Part shown: positions 7,843 to 16,479 of the stretch, piece after piece
How the letters are laid out: the number at the start of each line of letters is the position of its first letter
Position numbering within the stretch: the stretch's first letter is position 1
Assembly: GCA_031549585.1 (NCBI GenBank)
Contig: JAVBPN010000019.1
Coordinates: forward strand, 1 to 51,378
DNA: 51,378 bases
DNA from: Bacteroidales bacterium
Lineage (GTDB): Bacteria > Bacteroidota > Bacteroidia > Bacteroidales > UBA4181
Direction of reading: 5' to 3'
Program-made: the position numbers and the translations under genes
Notes under the pieces: generated by a model
Told to the model about the DNA's origin: nothing
What the model saw: the letters and a program-made list of their open reading frames with translations, nothing else
Database searches by the model: none

Positions 7843-10458
7843 TTATACCAATAATTGAAAAGCTTTTTCCATTGCTTTTCCTATTCCATCGAGATCTTTT
7901 CCTCCCGCTGTGGCAAAAAACGGTTGTCCTCCGCCGCCACCCGATATCTCTTTTGCTGCTTCGCGAACAGTATTGGACGCATTTTTCCCTTCGGCGACCA
8001 ATGCATCGCTCAATGCTATGGTTAGGCTTGGCTTATAGCCAAAATCGCTGCCAGCGATAAAAACCAGCCGTTCAAATTTGCTTTTTAGCTTAAATGCAAG
8101 ATCTTTAATCGATTCCTGTGGGAATGAGGCTTTAAACCGAATGACACTAATACCATTGATATCTTCGACATTGGCCTCCAAGCGCTTTTGAAACTCAACC
8201 AAACGTTCATTCATGATCTCCTCCAGTTCTTTCTTCAAATCGTGGTTCTCTTCTAACGATTTTTTCAAGGCCTGCAAAAATGAAGGCGAGTTGTTGAATG
8301 CCTCACGCACTTGCTGTATAATATCTTCTTGGGCATAGATCAAGGTTTCTATCGCTTCGCCTGTAACCGCTTCAATACGTCGTATGCCTGCGGCAATAGC
8401 TCCTTCGGACGCAATTTTCAATAGGCCAATTTGCCCGGTAGCTTTCACATGTGTTCCTCCACACAATTCGACGGTTTCGCCAAAGCGAATTACACGTACC
8501 CGTTCTCCATATTTTTCTCCAAAAAGCGCCATTGCTCCCATTTCACGGGCTTCATCAATTGCTATATCCCGGTATTCTGTTAATGGAGCATTGCGGCGGA
8601 TCATTTGGTTCACTTTTTTCTCCACTTGCCTGATTTCTTCATCGGTCATCTTTTGAAAATGGGCAAAATCAAAACGCAAATAGTCCGGGCATACCAACGA
8701 TCCTTTTTGTTCAACATGACTACCTAACACTTCGCGCAAAGCATAATGTAATAAATGTGTTGCAGAATGGTTGGCCTCGGTAGCGTGGCGTTTATCGATA
8801 TCTACCACAGCCAAAAAATCAGCATCCAATTGTTGTGGCAATTGGTCGACAATATGAATATTCAGATTATTTTCTTTCTTGGTATCCACCACAGCGATGC
8901 ATTCCTTATCTGATTTGATATAACCCATATCGCCCACTTGTCCACCACTCTCGGCATAAAACGGTGTGGTGTCAAACACCAACTGATACTGTTCTTTACC
9001 TTTGCTTTTAACTTTCCGGTAACGGGTGATATGTATATCGGCTTCGGTATAATCGTACCCGATAAAACGGGTTTCTTCTGCAGCCGACAATACGATCCAA
9101 TCTCCGGTATCAACGGAAGCGGCAGCTCTTGAACGGGCTTTTTGGGCTTCCATTTCTGATTCGTATTGTTTTTGGTCGTATTGTAAGTTATGTTCGCGTA
9201 AAATCAACTCGGTTAAGTCAAGCGGGAATCCATAGGTGTCATACATCTCGAACACCACTTTCCCACTAATAACCGTTTGTTGTTTACCTACGGAATCGGC
9301 AATAATATCTTCCAATAGCGATATCCCGGTAGAAAGTGTACGTAAAAACGATATTTCTTCTTCTTTGATTACCCGTTCAATCAATTGTTGCTGAGCTTTT
9401 AATTCGGGATACGAATTGCCCATCACATGCACCAAAACCGGCACCAATCTACAAAGGAACGGCTCTGTACGCCCTAAAAAAGTGTATCCGTAACGTACAG
9501 CGCGTCTCAGTAAACGGCGTATCACATATCCGGCTTTATTATTCGACGGTATTTGTCCGTCGGCTATAGAAAATGAAATAGCACGTATATGATCGGCTAT
9601 CACCCGCATGGCAATATCGCTATGTTCGTGTTCCCCATAACGGATATTGCAAAGTTGGGAGATCCCTTGAATAATTTCTTGGAAAAGGTCAATATCGTAA
9701 TTTGATGTCTTTCCTTGTACAATGCGGCATAACCGTTCGAAACCCATACCGGTATCCACATGCTTGGCTGGTAGAAATTCCAATTCCCCCGAAGCTTTGC
9801 GGTTATATTGCATAAACACCAAATTCCATATTTCGATTACTTGCGGATCATCTTGGTTTACCCGTTGCTCTCCGGGAATTTTTGCCCGTTCGGCATCCGG
9901 ACGCGAATCATAATGTACTTCTGAACAAGGTCCGCATGGCCCGGTATCGCCCATCTCCCAAAAATTATCTTTCTTAGAACCTTTCAAAATACGTTCTTCA
10001 GGCAAGTACTTTTTCCAAAAATCATATGCTTCGGTATCCATATCCAAACCATCTTCAGCGCTTCCTTCAAATATCGTTGCATAAAGGCGATTCTCGTCGA
10101 TTTTCAATGTTTTTGTAAGGTATTCCCAAGCCCAGTCGATTGCTTCTTTCTTGAAATAATCGCCAAAAGACCAATTGCCCAACATCTCAAACAAGGTATG
10201 ATGATAGGTGTCGTGTCCCACTTCTTCCAAATCGTTATGTTTTCCGCTTACACGAAGGCACTTTTGACTATCGGCAACGCGCGGATATACCACAGGGCTA
10301 TTTCCTAAAAAAATGTCTTTAAACTGGTTCAGCCCCGCATTGGTAAACATCCGCGTAGGGTCGTTTTTCACAACCATAGGCGCCGAAGGAACAATATGAT
10401 GTTGCTTAGACCTGAAAAAGTCTAGGAAAGAATTTCTTAACTCGTTGGAAGTCATCAT
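7843..10458 (-). CDS. alaS: alanine--tRNA ligase
   Basis: 871 aa. It has the class II core ([26 protein letters not shown]), the editing-domain HSATHLLH...CGGTH, and a C-terminal DHHA1-like [14 protein letters not shown]. Confidence 0.97.
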   Translation of the reverse strand: MMTSNELRNSFLDFFRSKQHHIVPSAPMVVKNDPTRMFTNAGLNQFKDIFLGNSPVVYPRVADSQKCLRVSGKHNDLEEVGHDTYHHTLFEMLGNWSFGDYFKKEAIDWAWEYLTKTLKIDENRLYATIFEGSAEDGLDMDTEAYDFWKKYLPEERILKGSKKDNFWEMGDTGPCGPCSEVHYDSRPDAERAKIPGEQRVNQDDPQVIEIWNLVFMQYNRKASGELEFLPAKHVDTGMGFERLCRIVQGKTSNYDIDLFQEIIQGISQLCNIRYGEHEHSDIAMRVIADHIRAISFSIADGQIPSNNKAGYVIRRLLRRAVRYGYTFLGRTEPFLCRLVPVLVHVMGNSYPELKAQQQLIERVIKEEEISFLRTLSTGISLLEDIIADSVGKQQTVISGKVVFEMYDTYGFPLDLTELILREHNLQYDQKQYESEMEAQKARSRAAASVDTGDWIVLSAAEETRFIGYDYTEADIHITRYRKVKSKGKEQYQLVFDTTPFYAESGGQVGDMGYIKSDKECIAVVDTKKENNLNIHIVDQLPQQLDADFLAVVDIDKRHATEANHSATHLLHYALREVLGSHVEQKGSLVCPDYLRFDFAHFQKMTDEEIRQVEKKVNQMIRRNAPLTEYRDIAIDEAREMGAMALFGEKYGERVRVIRFGETVELCGGTHVKATGQIGLLKIASEGAIAAGIRRIEAVTGEAIETLIYAQEDIIQQVREAFNNSPSFLQALKKSLEENHDLKKELEEIMNERLVEFQKRLEANVEDINGISVIRFKASFPQESIKDLAFKLKSKFERLVFIAGSDFGYKPSLTIALSDALVAEGKNASNTVREAAKEISGGGGGQPFFATAGGKDLDGIGKAMEKAFQLLV

Positions 10459-10490
10459 GAAAACTTGTCTATATAAAAGAAAAATGTGGG

Positions 10491-10498
10491 CAAAGTTA
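10491..10498 (-). promoter_or_regulatory. candidate Bacteroidota -7 box (TAACTTTG) for alaS
   Basis: Plus-strand caaagtta is TAACTTTG on the minus strand and matches TAnnTTTG. It lies 33 nt upstream of the alaS ATG. No clear -33 TTTG at canonical spacing. Confidence 0.4.
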
Positions 10499-10632
10499 AT
10501 GAAATCATTTCATTTTCTACAACTTGGTAATAGACGGTTATATCAAAATAACCGACAAATTTATGTCTATATTGAAATGTTTGTATTTGAAATTTTGTTG
10601 CAAAGTTTAATAGTAGTTATAACCACTAAGTT

Positions 10633-10683
10633 CACAAAGAACACTAAAGTATTTTGTAATCTTGTGTCCTTAGTGTTCTTGTG
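10633..10683 (-). terminator. stem-loop terminator after the GlsB-like gene
   Basis: cacaa(a)gaacactaa (10633-10647) pairs with ttagtgttcttgtg (10670-10683), giving 14 bp with one bulge. It starts 15 nt downstream of the stop at 10698. The sequence resembles 'acaaagaacac' repeat motifs recalled from Bacteroidota intergenic regions (recall-level). Confidence 0.55.
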
Positions 10684-10697
10684 GTAAATGATTTTGA

Positions 10698-10949
10698 CTA
10701 TTTGCTTTTGCTAAAAAGAGATACGATACAAAGCAAAACAACAGCGCCAACAGTAGACATGATTAAGTTACCAATAATACTGCCTTCTCTTGTAGCGATT
10801 CCCATTAAATTAAATAACCAACCACCCAAGACGCCACCAATAATCCCGACGATTATATTGATAAAAAATCCAAATCCTCTTCCTTTGGTGATTTTCCCGG
10901 CTGCAAATCCGGCAACAAGACCGATAATGATGTACCAAATAAAATTCAT
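10698..10949 (-). CDS. GlsB/YeaQ/YmgE-family stress membrane protein (transglycosylase-associated)
   Basis: 83 aa with three Gly-rich TM segments: IIIGLVAGFAAGKI, IIVGIIGGVLGGWLF, NLIMSTVGAVVLL. Confidence 0.8.
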   Translation of the reverse strand: MNFIWYIIIGLVAGFAAGKITKGRGFGFFINIIVGIIGGVLGGWLFNLMGIATREGSIIGNLIMSTVGAVVLLCIVSLFSKSK

Positions 10950-11005
10950 AATTTTAAAAATTGATTTGTAAACGTTTCAATATACGATTCATAAATAACT
11001 GAATT

Positions 11006-11413
11006 TCATTCAACACATTCTGCCCCATCCCACATCACTTTAACTGCATGGGGAGCTGATTTCCACAATCCATGTTTCGTACAATAGCTCATTGCTGTGA
11101 GATTCATAGAAACTCCGGGTGCTACTAAATGAAAGTCAACTTCGATATTTCCTGCTTGAAAAACAGATGATTCAGGGCTAAACCTTGCTTCTACCAACAA
11201 TGTTTCCCTATTCCACAATTGAATGTAGGCGATATGATGGTCTGATTCGGCTGGATGTGTATAATCCTCGCCCATCTTGACTTTTACGACAAATGGAGCT
11301 CCACGCAATACTTCCGAAGGACAAATAATATGAGGCATATGGCGGTCAAAGTAATCCTTGCGTGATTCTTTTTCCTCTTTATCTATATTTATAGCTGAAA
11401 AAACTCGCGGCAT
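11006..11413 (-). CDS. superoxide reductase (class II desulfoferrodoxin/neelaredoxin-type)
   Basis: 135 aa. Fe-ligand pattern is HMPHI, THPAESDHHIAYIQ and SYCTKHGLW (His/His/His/Cys/His). Confidence 0.8.
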   Translation of the reverse strand: MPRVFSAINIDKEEKESRKDYFDRHMPHIICPSEVLRGAPFVVKVKMGEDYTHPAESDHHIAYIQLWNRETLLVEARFSPESSVFQAGNIEVDFHLVAPGVSMNLTAMSYCTKHGLWKSAPHAVKVMWDGAECVE

Positions 11414-11453
11414 GATCGGTTTCTTTTAAATAAACAATCATATATTGGTATGA

Positions 11454-11461
11454 CAAATTTA
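11454..11461 (-). promoter_or_regulatory. candidate -7 box (TAAATTTG) for the superoxide reductase gene
   Basis: Plus-strand caaattta is TAAATTTG on the minus strand. It lies about 40 nt upstream of the ATG at 11413. Confidence 0.35.
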
Positions 11462-11502
11462 AGTAAAATTTGTTTGTGATAACCATTTGAATCCAAAACG
11501 GA

Positions 11503-12855
11503 TTACTCCTCATCAACCCATTCGTATGGGCCTAAATCTGGTTTTTGGTCAGCAGTACGGTTATTTCCGTCCATATCTAATGGAACATTTTCAGCAATAG
11601 GAAGGCTTCCAACATCACGTGCCGGAGAATCCTTTTGCAATCGAAAATTACCTTTGGCTGAGGCTACAAAAAGCGGGTCTTTATTTGTTATTACATTGGA
11701 AAACTCTGGCGTATTTGTATTCATTGTGGTACGCAACAAGCAATAATCAAAAGAAAAAGACATAGCGTCGATGGAAATTTCATTGGCCATACTTCCGTAT
11801 ACGATACTATTCTCGAAATTGGCTGTTCCCGCTCCTTTCATCACTAAGGCAGATATAGATTTTCGCTGAATATAAGGCGAATAATTATTGGCAATCGTGC
11901 AATGAATGAATTGATGAATCCCGCCATTCAACTCTACAGTTTGGGAGGTACAATTTGCAAACAAGCAATTAGATGCACTTACATCAGTAAAAGATGTTTT
12001 CAACCCAGCATTGGCCATATTCATGATAATCACCGACTCCAACGCCAAAGCCGGAGGATTCTCTTCTTGCCCAATAAGAATGCCATTGGTTCCGTTGCGA
12101 ATTTCTGTATGTTGCAGCCGGTTATTCTGGCTTGCTGTTTCAAAAACAATGCTTCCCCATTGTCCCGGAATATTTTCAAACGCCTGTTCCAACCGATCTC
12201 CGGAAAAAATAACCGGATTATCAACATTCCCGTCAGTAATCAGCGTTCCCTTCACATAAATGTCCGCCTTATTGTGTAGATACACATGAACTCCTGCATC
12301 TATTTGCAATGTTTCTAACGTGTCAACCGTCAAACGTCCGTATACCAAATAAGGTTTCACGCCCGACCAAACTTGGCTACTAATCGTTTCATCATTCAAA
12401 ATATAAACATCTTGCCCGTACGCCTCTAAATTTACCTTTTGTACATTTGTATTGGTTTCGAAAACAATTGCATCCTGAACCAAAATAGGTAAATCATTAT
12501 TTTGTGGATCAACCGTTACTTTCACAAAAATGTACATACTGTCGTTGGCTGCAATCTCCATACCTCTTGCCTGACATGTTTCCACTCCATCAATGATTAG
12601 TTGAAAAGGGGAATGGTCGCTTCCGTTCAAAGTAACCGTTGTTGCCACAGCATCTTTATTCTTATTATATACCTTTAAAATCCTTGTAGATGAGCCAATG
12701 GTGGTAAATACGGTATCGAATCGTATCGTATCGGATGAAAAGGACAAATAATAAGAAGGATCGGTACTGATTTCATTATCACAACACGTAACTGAAACCA
12801 TAAGAAAGAAAAACAGAAGGTTCCCAAAAAATCGTTTCATTTTATTCCACATCAT
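11503..12855 (-). CDS. lipoprotein with N-terminal Ig-like domain and right-handed parallel beta-helix
   Basis: 450 aa. Lipobox-like ...LMVSVTC|C. Repeated short Asn/Cys-ladder turns (NGTNGILIG, ASNCLFANCT, HCTIANN, FENSIVYG) suggest a beta-helix. The ATG at 12855 overlaps the upstream stop (ATGA); an alternative ATG is at 12840 (MKRFF). Confidence 0.6.
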   Translation of the reverse strand: MMWNKMKRFFGNLLFFFLMVSVTCCDNEISTDPSYYLSFSSDTIRFDTVFTTIGSSTRILKVYNKNKDAVATTVTLNGSDHSPFQLIIDGVETCQARGMEIAANDSMYIFVKVTVDPQNNDLPILVQDAIVFETNTNVQKVNLEAYGQDVYILNDETISSQVWSGVKPYLVYGRLTVDTLETLQIDAGVHVYLHNKADIYVKGTLITDGNVDNPVIFSGDRLEQAFENIPGQWGSIVFETASQNNRLQHTEIRNGTNGILIGQEENPPALALESVIIMNMANAGLKTSFTDVSASNCLFANCTSQTVELNGGIHQFIHCTIANNYSPYIQRKSISALVMKGAGTANFENSIVYGSMANEISIDAMSFSFDYCLLRTTMNTNTPEFSNVITNKDPLFVASAKGNFRLQKDSPARDVGSLPIAENVPLDMDGNNRTADQKPDLGPYEWVDEE

Positions 12856-13778
12856 CGAATAATACTTTCAACATAATCGGTCAAACGGTCAATCTGAAAT
12901 CCTTTCTCTGGACGGGACAATACAGCCACATCTACTTGAGAAGCAAGTTGTTTCAGCAACTCAAAATGGACTTGGTAAAGTCCCATCAGCTTCGGGAAGT
13001 ATGGCCGATATGTATGGATACGTAAAGCTTGAAATTTTTCAATTCCCTTTAAATGAACCATCTCATAATCATCTTTCTGATGCTTGTCCAAAATACAAAT
13101 CATTTGGGCTGGAAGTGGATCAGCATTAAAAGCATGATGGACAGGATATCCGTATTTGTCGAAATAACGCCTCAAAGGATTGTTATCGGCAGTGGCAAGA
13201 TCCAAAGCCATCATCGTATCAAAACATAACTTCAACTGCGGCATGCCCGGATAAACCAATGCTTGTCCGGATTCTGTCAAACGAATCGCACTCACGTCGT
13301 CGGCCAGCAATTGATATCCGCGCTTGACCAAAGAAGCAGCAAGTGTTGACTTACCCATACCCGGCTGTCCAGAAAAAACAAAAGCCTTACCACCCACTAC
13401 CACAGAACTTCCATGAAAAGGCAATATCCCGCGTTGATGCAATATTGCACCCATTGCAGAACCAAGCAAGAAAAGCCGGATATTTTCCGGTGATGCTTGT
13501 TTATCGGGTTGTATCACAATTTCTTTCCCATCCTTAACCCAATAAAAAGCATGTTCGGCAATCTTTAATAACATTTCCCTCGACGACGCTTCAAGCCAAT
13601 TTCCTCTTGTAACCGAATGCTCCAAATGCTGCGGCACATCGCCCCAACGTACCCACACGTCCGGAACAGATTGCACAGCCGCCGCTACCAATTCCGGACA
13701 TTCGCATTCCGAATCGATGACAAGACCAAAAATTTGATATAAATGATGAACCAAGAAATTTTTTTTATTCAAATACAA
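12852..13778 (-). CDS. HPr kinase/phosphorylase C-terminal-domain-like P-loop kinase (orphan, substrate unknown)
   Basis: 308 aa. Walker A is FSGQPGMGKSTLAASL, followed by YQLLADDVSAI, comparable to HprK GxSGxGKSE ... LVADD. An N-terminal FGLVIDSECECPEL is typical of HprK-related kinases. The start at 13778 is TTG and the first in-frame ATG is far downstream, so the start is uncertain. Confidence 0.65.
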   Translation of the reverse strand: MYLNKKNFLVHHLYQIFGLVIDSECECPELVAAAVQSVPDVWVRWGDVPQHLEHSVTRGNWLEASSREMLLKIAEHAFYWVKDGKEIVIQPDKQASPENIRLFLLGSAMGAILHQRGILPFHGSSVVVGGKAFVFSGQPGMGKSTLAASLVKRGYQLLADDVSAIRLTESGQALVYPGMPQLKLCFDTMMALDLATADNNPLRRYFDKYGYPVHHAFNADPLPAQMICILDKHQKDDYEMVHLKGIEKFQALRIHTYRPYFPKLMGLYQVHFELLKQLASQVDVAVLSRPEKGFQIDRLTDYVESIIR

Positions 13779-13915
13779 AGATAGTAATGATAATTAATGC
13801 CTATCAAGTATTTAGATTCTATTTTGATAACAAGCAGTGAACTATGAGGATAAAGAAGATGAGCAAATATTTTAGGTGAATCGTTCACCTTTGCACCCTA
13901 CATCTTTAGTAGATA

Positions 13916-15367
13916 TTACAACAACGGGCTGAATACCCGTGCTACTGACTCACGAAATACCATCCAACGGGGACGTCCTTCCCATTCCTTATGGTCAATA
14001 GGTTTTAATCCGGAAATATCATTCATAAAAATATTTCGCATGGCAACGGCAAGGCGATAGTCATATACCAACGCATTGACTTCAAAGTTCTGGTCGAAAC
14101 TTCTAATGTCCATGTTAGCTGTTCCTACCGAGCCAAAAACATCATCAACGACCATCATTTTGGAATGTGTAAATCCCCGCTCATATAAATATACTTTTAC
14201 GCCTGCCTCTAATAGTTGATTAATGTATGAGAAGGAACTCCAACGTACCAAACGGGAATCGGAATGTTTTGGCAATAATAGGCGCACATCTACTCCACTC
14301 AATGCTGCTGTACGCAAAGCCGTTAAAATACTTTCGTTGGGCAAGAAATAAGGGGTGGATATGTATATGTACGAGTTGGCAGTGGCAATGGCCGAAAAGA
14401 ATGTTTGCATGATGCTTGACCAGTCGGAATCGGGGCCGCTGGCAACAATCTGGACTAAGTGGCGGTCTGTGATATCATTGGGTGGAAAATATTTGTCCCG
14501 GTCATAAATATTCCTTTTGCTGACAAAGTACCAATCTAAAAGGAAAACCGATTGCAAAGAATACACGGCATCACCTTCAATTCTGACATGTGTATCGCGC
14601 CAGGCACCCAGTTCTTCATCGCCGGAAATATACCGGTCGGCTATATTTAACCCACCGACAAATCCTATTTTCCCATCCACAACGATGATTTTCCGATGAT
14701 TCCGGTAGTTGATTTTGTTGGTAAAAAAGGGAAAACGAACCGGCATAAAAGGGAAAACCCTCACTCCAGCCTTTTTGAGCGACCGGACAAATTCACGGCT
14801 TAAGCTCCAACAGCCGACATCGTCATAAATTAATCGTACCTCAACACCTTCTTTGGCTTTACGAATGAGAATATCTTTGATCGTATTTCCTATTTTGTCT
14901 TCTTCTATGATATAGTATTCCAAGTGGATATGGTCTTGGGCGGATTCAATCGCTTGAATGATTGAATCAAAAGTAGTCCGGCCATTGACCAAAATTTTCA
15001 TCCGGTTGTGTTCGGTAAGCAATGCTTTATCAGAATTGTAAAGCATTTTCATAATCCGGGATTTGTCAGCAATTGATTCATCCGGCCAATAATCCTTTCC
15101 CGCTCGATTGGACGGCTGGTATTTAGCTAATTTCTTGATCTGTATACTGTCGGAAAGCCCTTTGCGGGAAAATATTTTTTCTTTGCGGTAGTTTTTCCCA
15201 AAAAAGAAGTATAAAACAATGCCTAATACGGGAACAAAAGTAATGACTAGCAACCATGCAATCGTTTTCATGGGATCGCCACGTTGCTGAATGACCAAAA
15301 TCACCATAAAGATGATAGTGAGGGCATAGAGCAATTTTAGCCAATCATTTTGTAAGAAATAGAACAT
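13916..15367 (-). CDS. cls: cardiolipin synthase
   Basis: 483 aa with two N-terminal TM helices and two PLD HKD motifs (HRKIIVVDG..GGLN and HSKMMVVDD..GTAN). Confidence 0.92.
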   Translation of the reverse strand: MFYFLQNDWLKLLYALTIIFMVILVIQQRGDPMKTIAWLLVITFVPVLGIVLYFFFGKNYRKEKIFSRKGLSDSIQIKKLAKYQPSNRAGKDYWPDESIADKSRIMKMLYNSDKALLTEHNRMKILVNGRTTFDSIIQAIESAQDHIHLEYYIIEEDKIGNTIKDILIRKAKEGVEVRLIYDDVGCWSLSREFVRSLKKAGVRVFPFMPVRFPFFTNKINYRNHRKIIVVDGKIGFVGGLNIADRYISGDEELGAWRDTHVRIEGDAVYSLQSVFLLDWYFVSKRNIYDRDKYFPPNDITDRHLVQIVASGPDSDWSSIMQTFFSAIATANSYIYISTPYFLPNESILTALRTAALSGVDVRLLLPKHSDSRLVRWSSFSYINQLLEAGVKVYLYERGFTHSKMMVVDDVFGSVGTANMDIRSFDQNFEVNALVYDYRLAVAMRNIFMNDISGLKPIDHKEWEGRPRWMVFRESVARVFSPLL

Positions 15368-15390
15368 CTCAAATGGTGCAATGTTTTTGT

Positions 15391-15398
15391 CAAAGGTA
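15391..15398 (-). promoter_or_regulatory. candidate -7 box (TACCTTTG) for cls
   Basis: Plus-strand caaaggta lies 24 nt upstream of the cls ATG. Confidence 0.35.
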
Positions 15399-15552
15399 TA
15401 TGAAATAATTCTGAATATATCCTTTTATCAATAAAACCAATTAAATAAATCAAATGTTTGTGGGTGTAAAACCAAAATTTGGACAACTCCTTATAGTAGT
15501 ATTTAGATGACTAATAATTATATTCTCTTAGCCTAAGAACATAAGCATGTCG

Positions 15553-16470
15553 TTAAAACATTTTCCACTTGAAAAAACGAAGCCTGCTTCTCACATAGGT
15601 AGTGTTAATCGGAACGTTGTAAGAGATGAATAATTCATGAGAACCGTCATTATATCCGCTCATATCGTTAAACCCATAATCGAAGGAATATGATAGACGC
15701 AATCCCTTATATACATTGATGCCAAAAGCTATACCTGTGGTCATGGGAGATCGGTAAATTAGATTAACGGTGATATTGTTTTCATAACGGAAACCTGCAA
15801 TCAATTCATATGTGTTCATTTTTTTCGAATTGAACCAAGTGAATCCGGGAATAAAATCCCAATGGCTGTCCATTGGAATTTTAAATCTTGTATATGCAAA
15901 AATATTTCGTCCAGGGCTAAGTAAATCTTCTTTATCAGCAGATCGTGCCAAGTGAGTGACAGATCCGCCCACTTCAAAGAAACGGGTGTCAAATTCTAAT
16001 CCGAAATCAAAATCCGGCAATGTTTTTGAACTTCTGGTGTAAGTAAGCACATCGTCATCGGGGTCTTGTGGGAAGAAATCGGACTCATCATAAGTTTCTC
16101 TCAATATCCCCATACCCAATCCTAATGAAAGAAAAGCCTTTTCTTCAAAAGGGATATAATAAGCATAGTTGAGTTTGAGATTTTGGCTTTTTTGTGGCCC
16201 AAAATGGTCATTTATCCAATTGATACCGATTCCCGACCGGATTTGTCGTATAAATCCGCTGGCATTGATCACTTGCGTTGAGGGGCCGGGAAATCCAACC
16301 CATTGTTCGCGCAATCCTACAGCAGCATTAATGTCACCTCCTTTTCCGGCTACGGCAGGATTAATGATTCCCCGATTAGTCGTTTGTTGTAGGAATATAG
16401 GATCGCTTTGCGCCCAAAGCGGCACAAACAAACATAAGATGCAAAGCGTGATCCATATTTTTTTGCCCAT
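15553..16470 (-). CDS. PorP/SprF-family T9SS outer-membrane protein (partner of the HYR type-B cargo)
   Basis: 305 aa. Signal peptide is ...VPLWA|QSDP. Motifs are IFLQQTTNRGIINPAVAG and GSHELFISYNV. It lies 9 nt downstream of a type-B CTD gene. Confidence 0.85.
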   Translation of the reverse strand: MGKKIWITLCILCLFVPLWAQSDPIFLQQTTNRGIINPAVAGKGGDINAAVGLREQWVGFPGPSTQVINASGFIRQIRSGIGINWINDHFGPQKSQNLKLNYAYYIPFEEKAFLSLGLGMGILRETYDESDFFPQDPDDDVLTYTRSSKTLPDFDFGLEFDTRFFEVGGSVTHLARSADKEDLLSPGRNIFAYTRFKIPMDSHWDFIPGFTWFNSKKMNTYELIAGFRYENNITVNLIYRSPMTTGIAFGINVYKGLRLSYSFDYGFNDMSGYNDGSHELFISYNVPINTTYVRSRLRFFKWKMF

Positions 16471-16479
16471 GCTGTTTCC

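Noticed and set aside
8384-9913. Several 60-90-aa plus-strand ORFs inside alaS (8384-8656, 8451-8633, 8938-9132, 9722-9913), plus a minus-strand off-frame ORF at 8862-9113
   Set aside because: They lie antisense or off-frame within a full-length, highly conserved alaS reading frame. They have low-complexity, Ser/Pro/Arg-rich composition typical of shadow ORFs and no signal or motif content.
10445-10687. 80-aa ORF in the alaS upstream spacer
   Set aside because: It covers the promoter region and the terminator hairpin (10633-10683). Its C-terminus (…TKNTKVF…VSLVFLW) is just the translated stem arms.
13779-13915. aggtgaa-tcg-ttcacct hairpin downstream of cls as a terminator
   Set aside because: It has a 7-bp stem with a 3-nt loop, and an A-run rather than a U-run follows on the cls strand. 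This is too weak to call.
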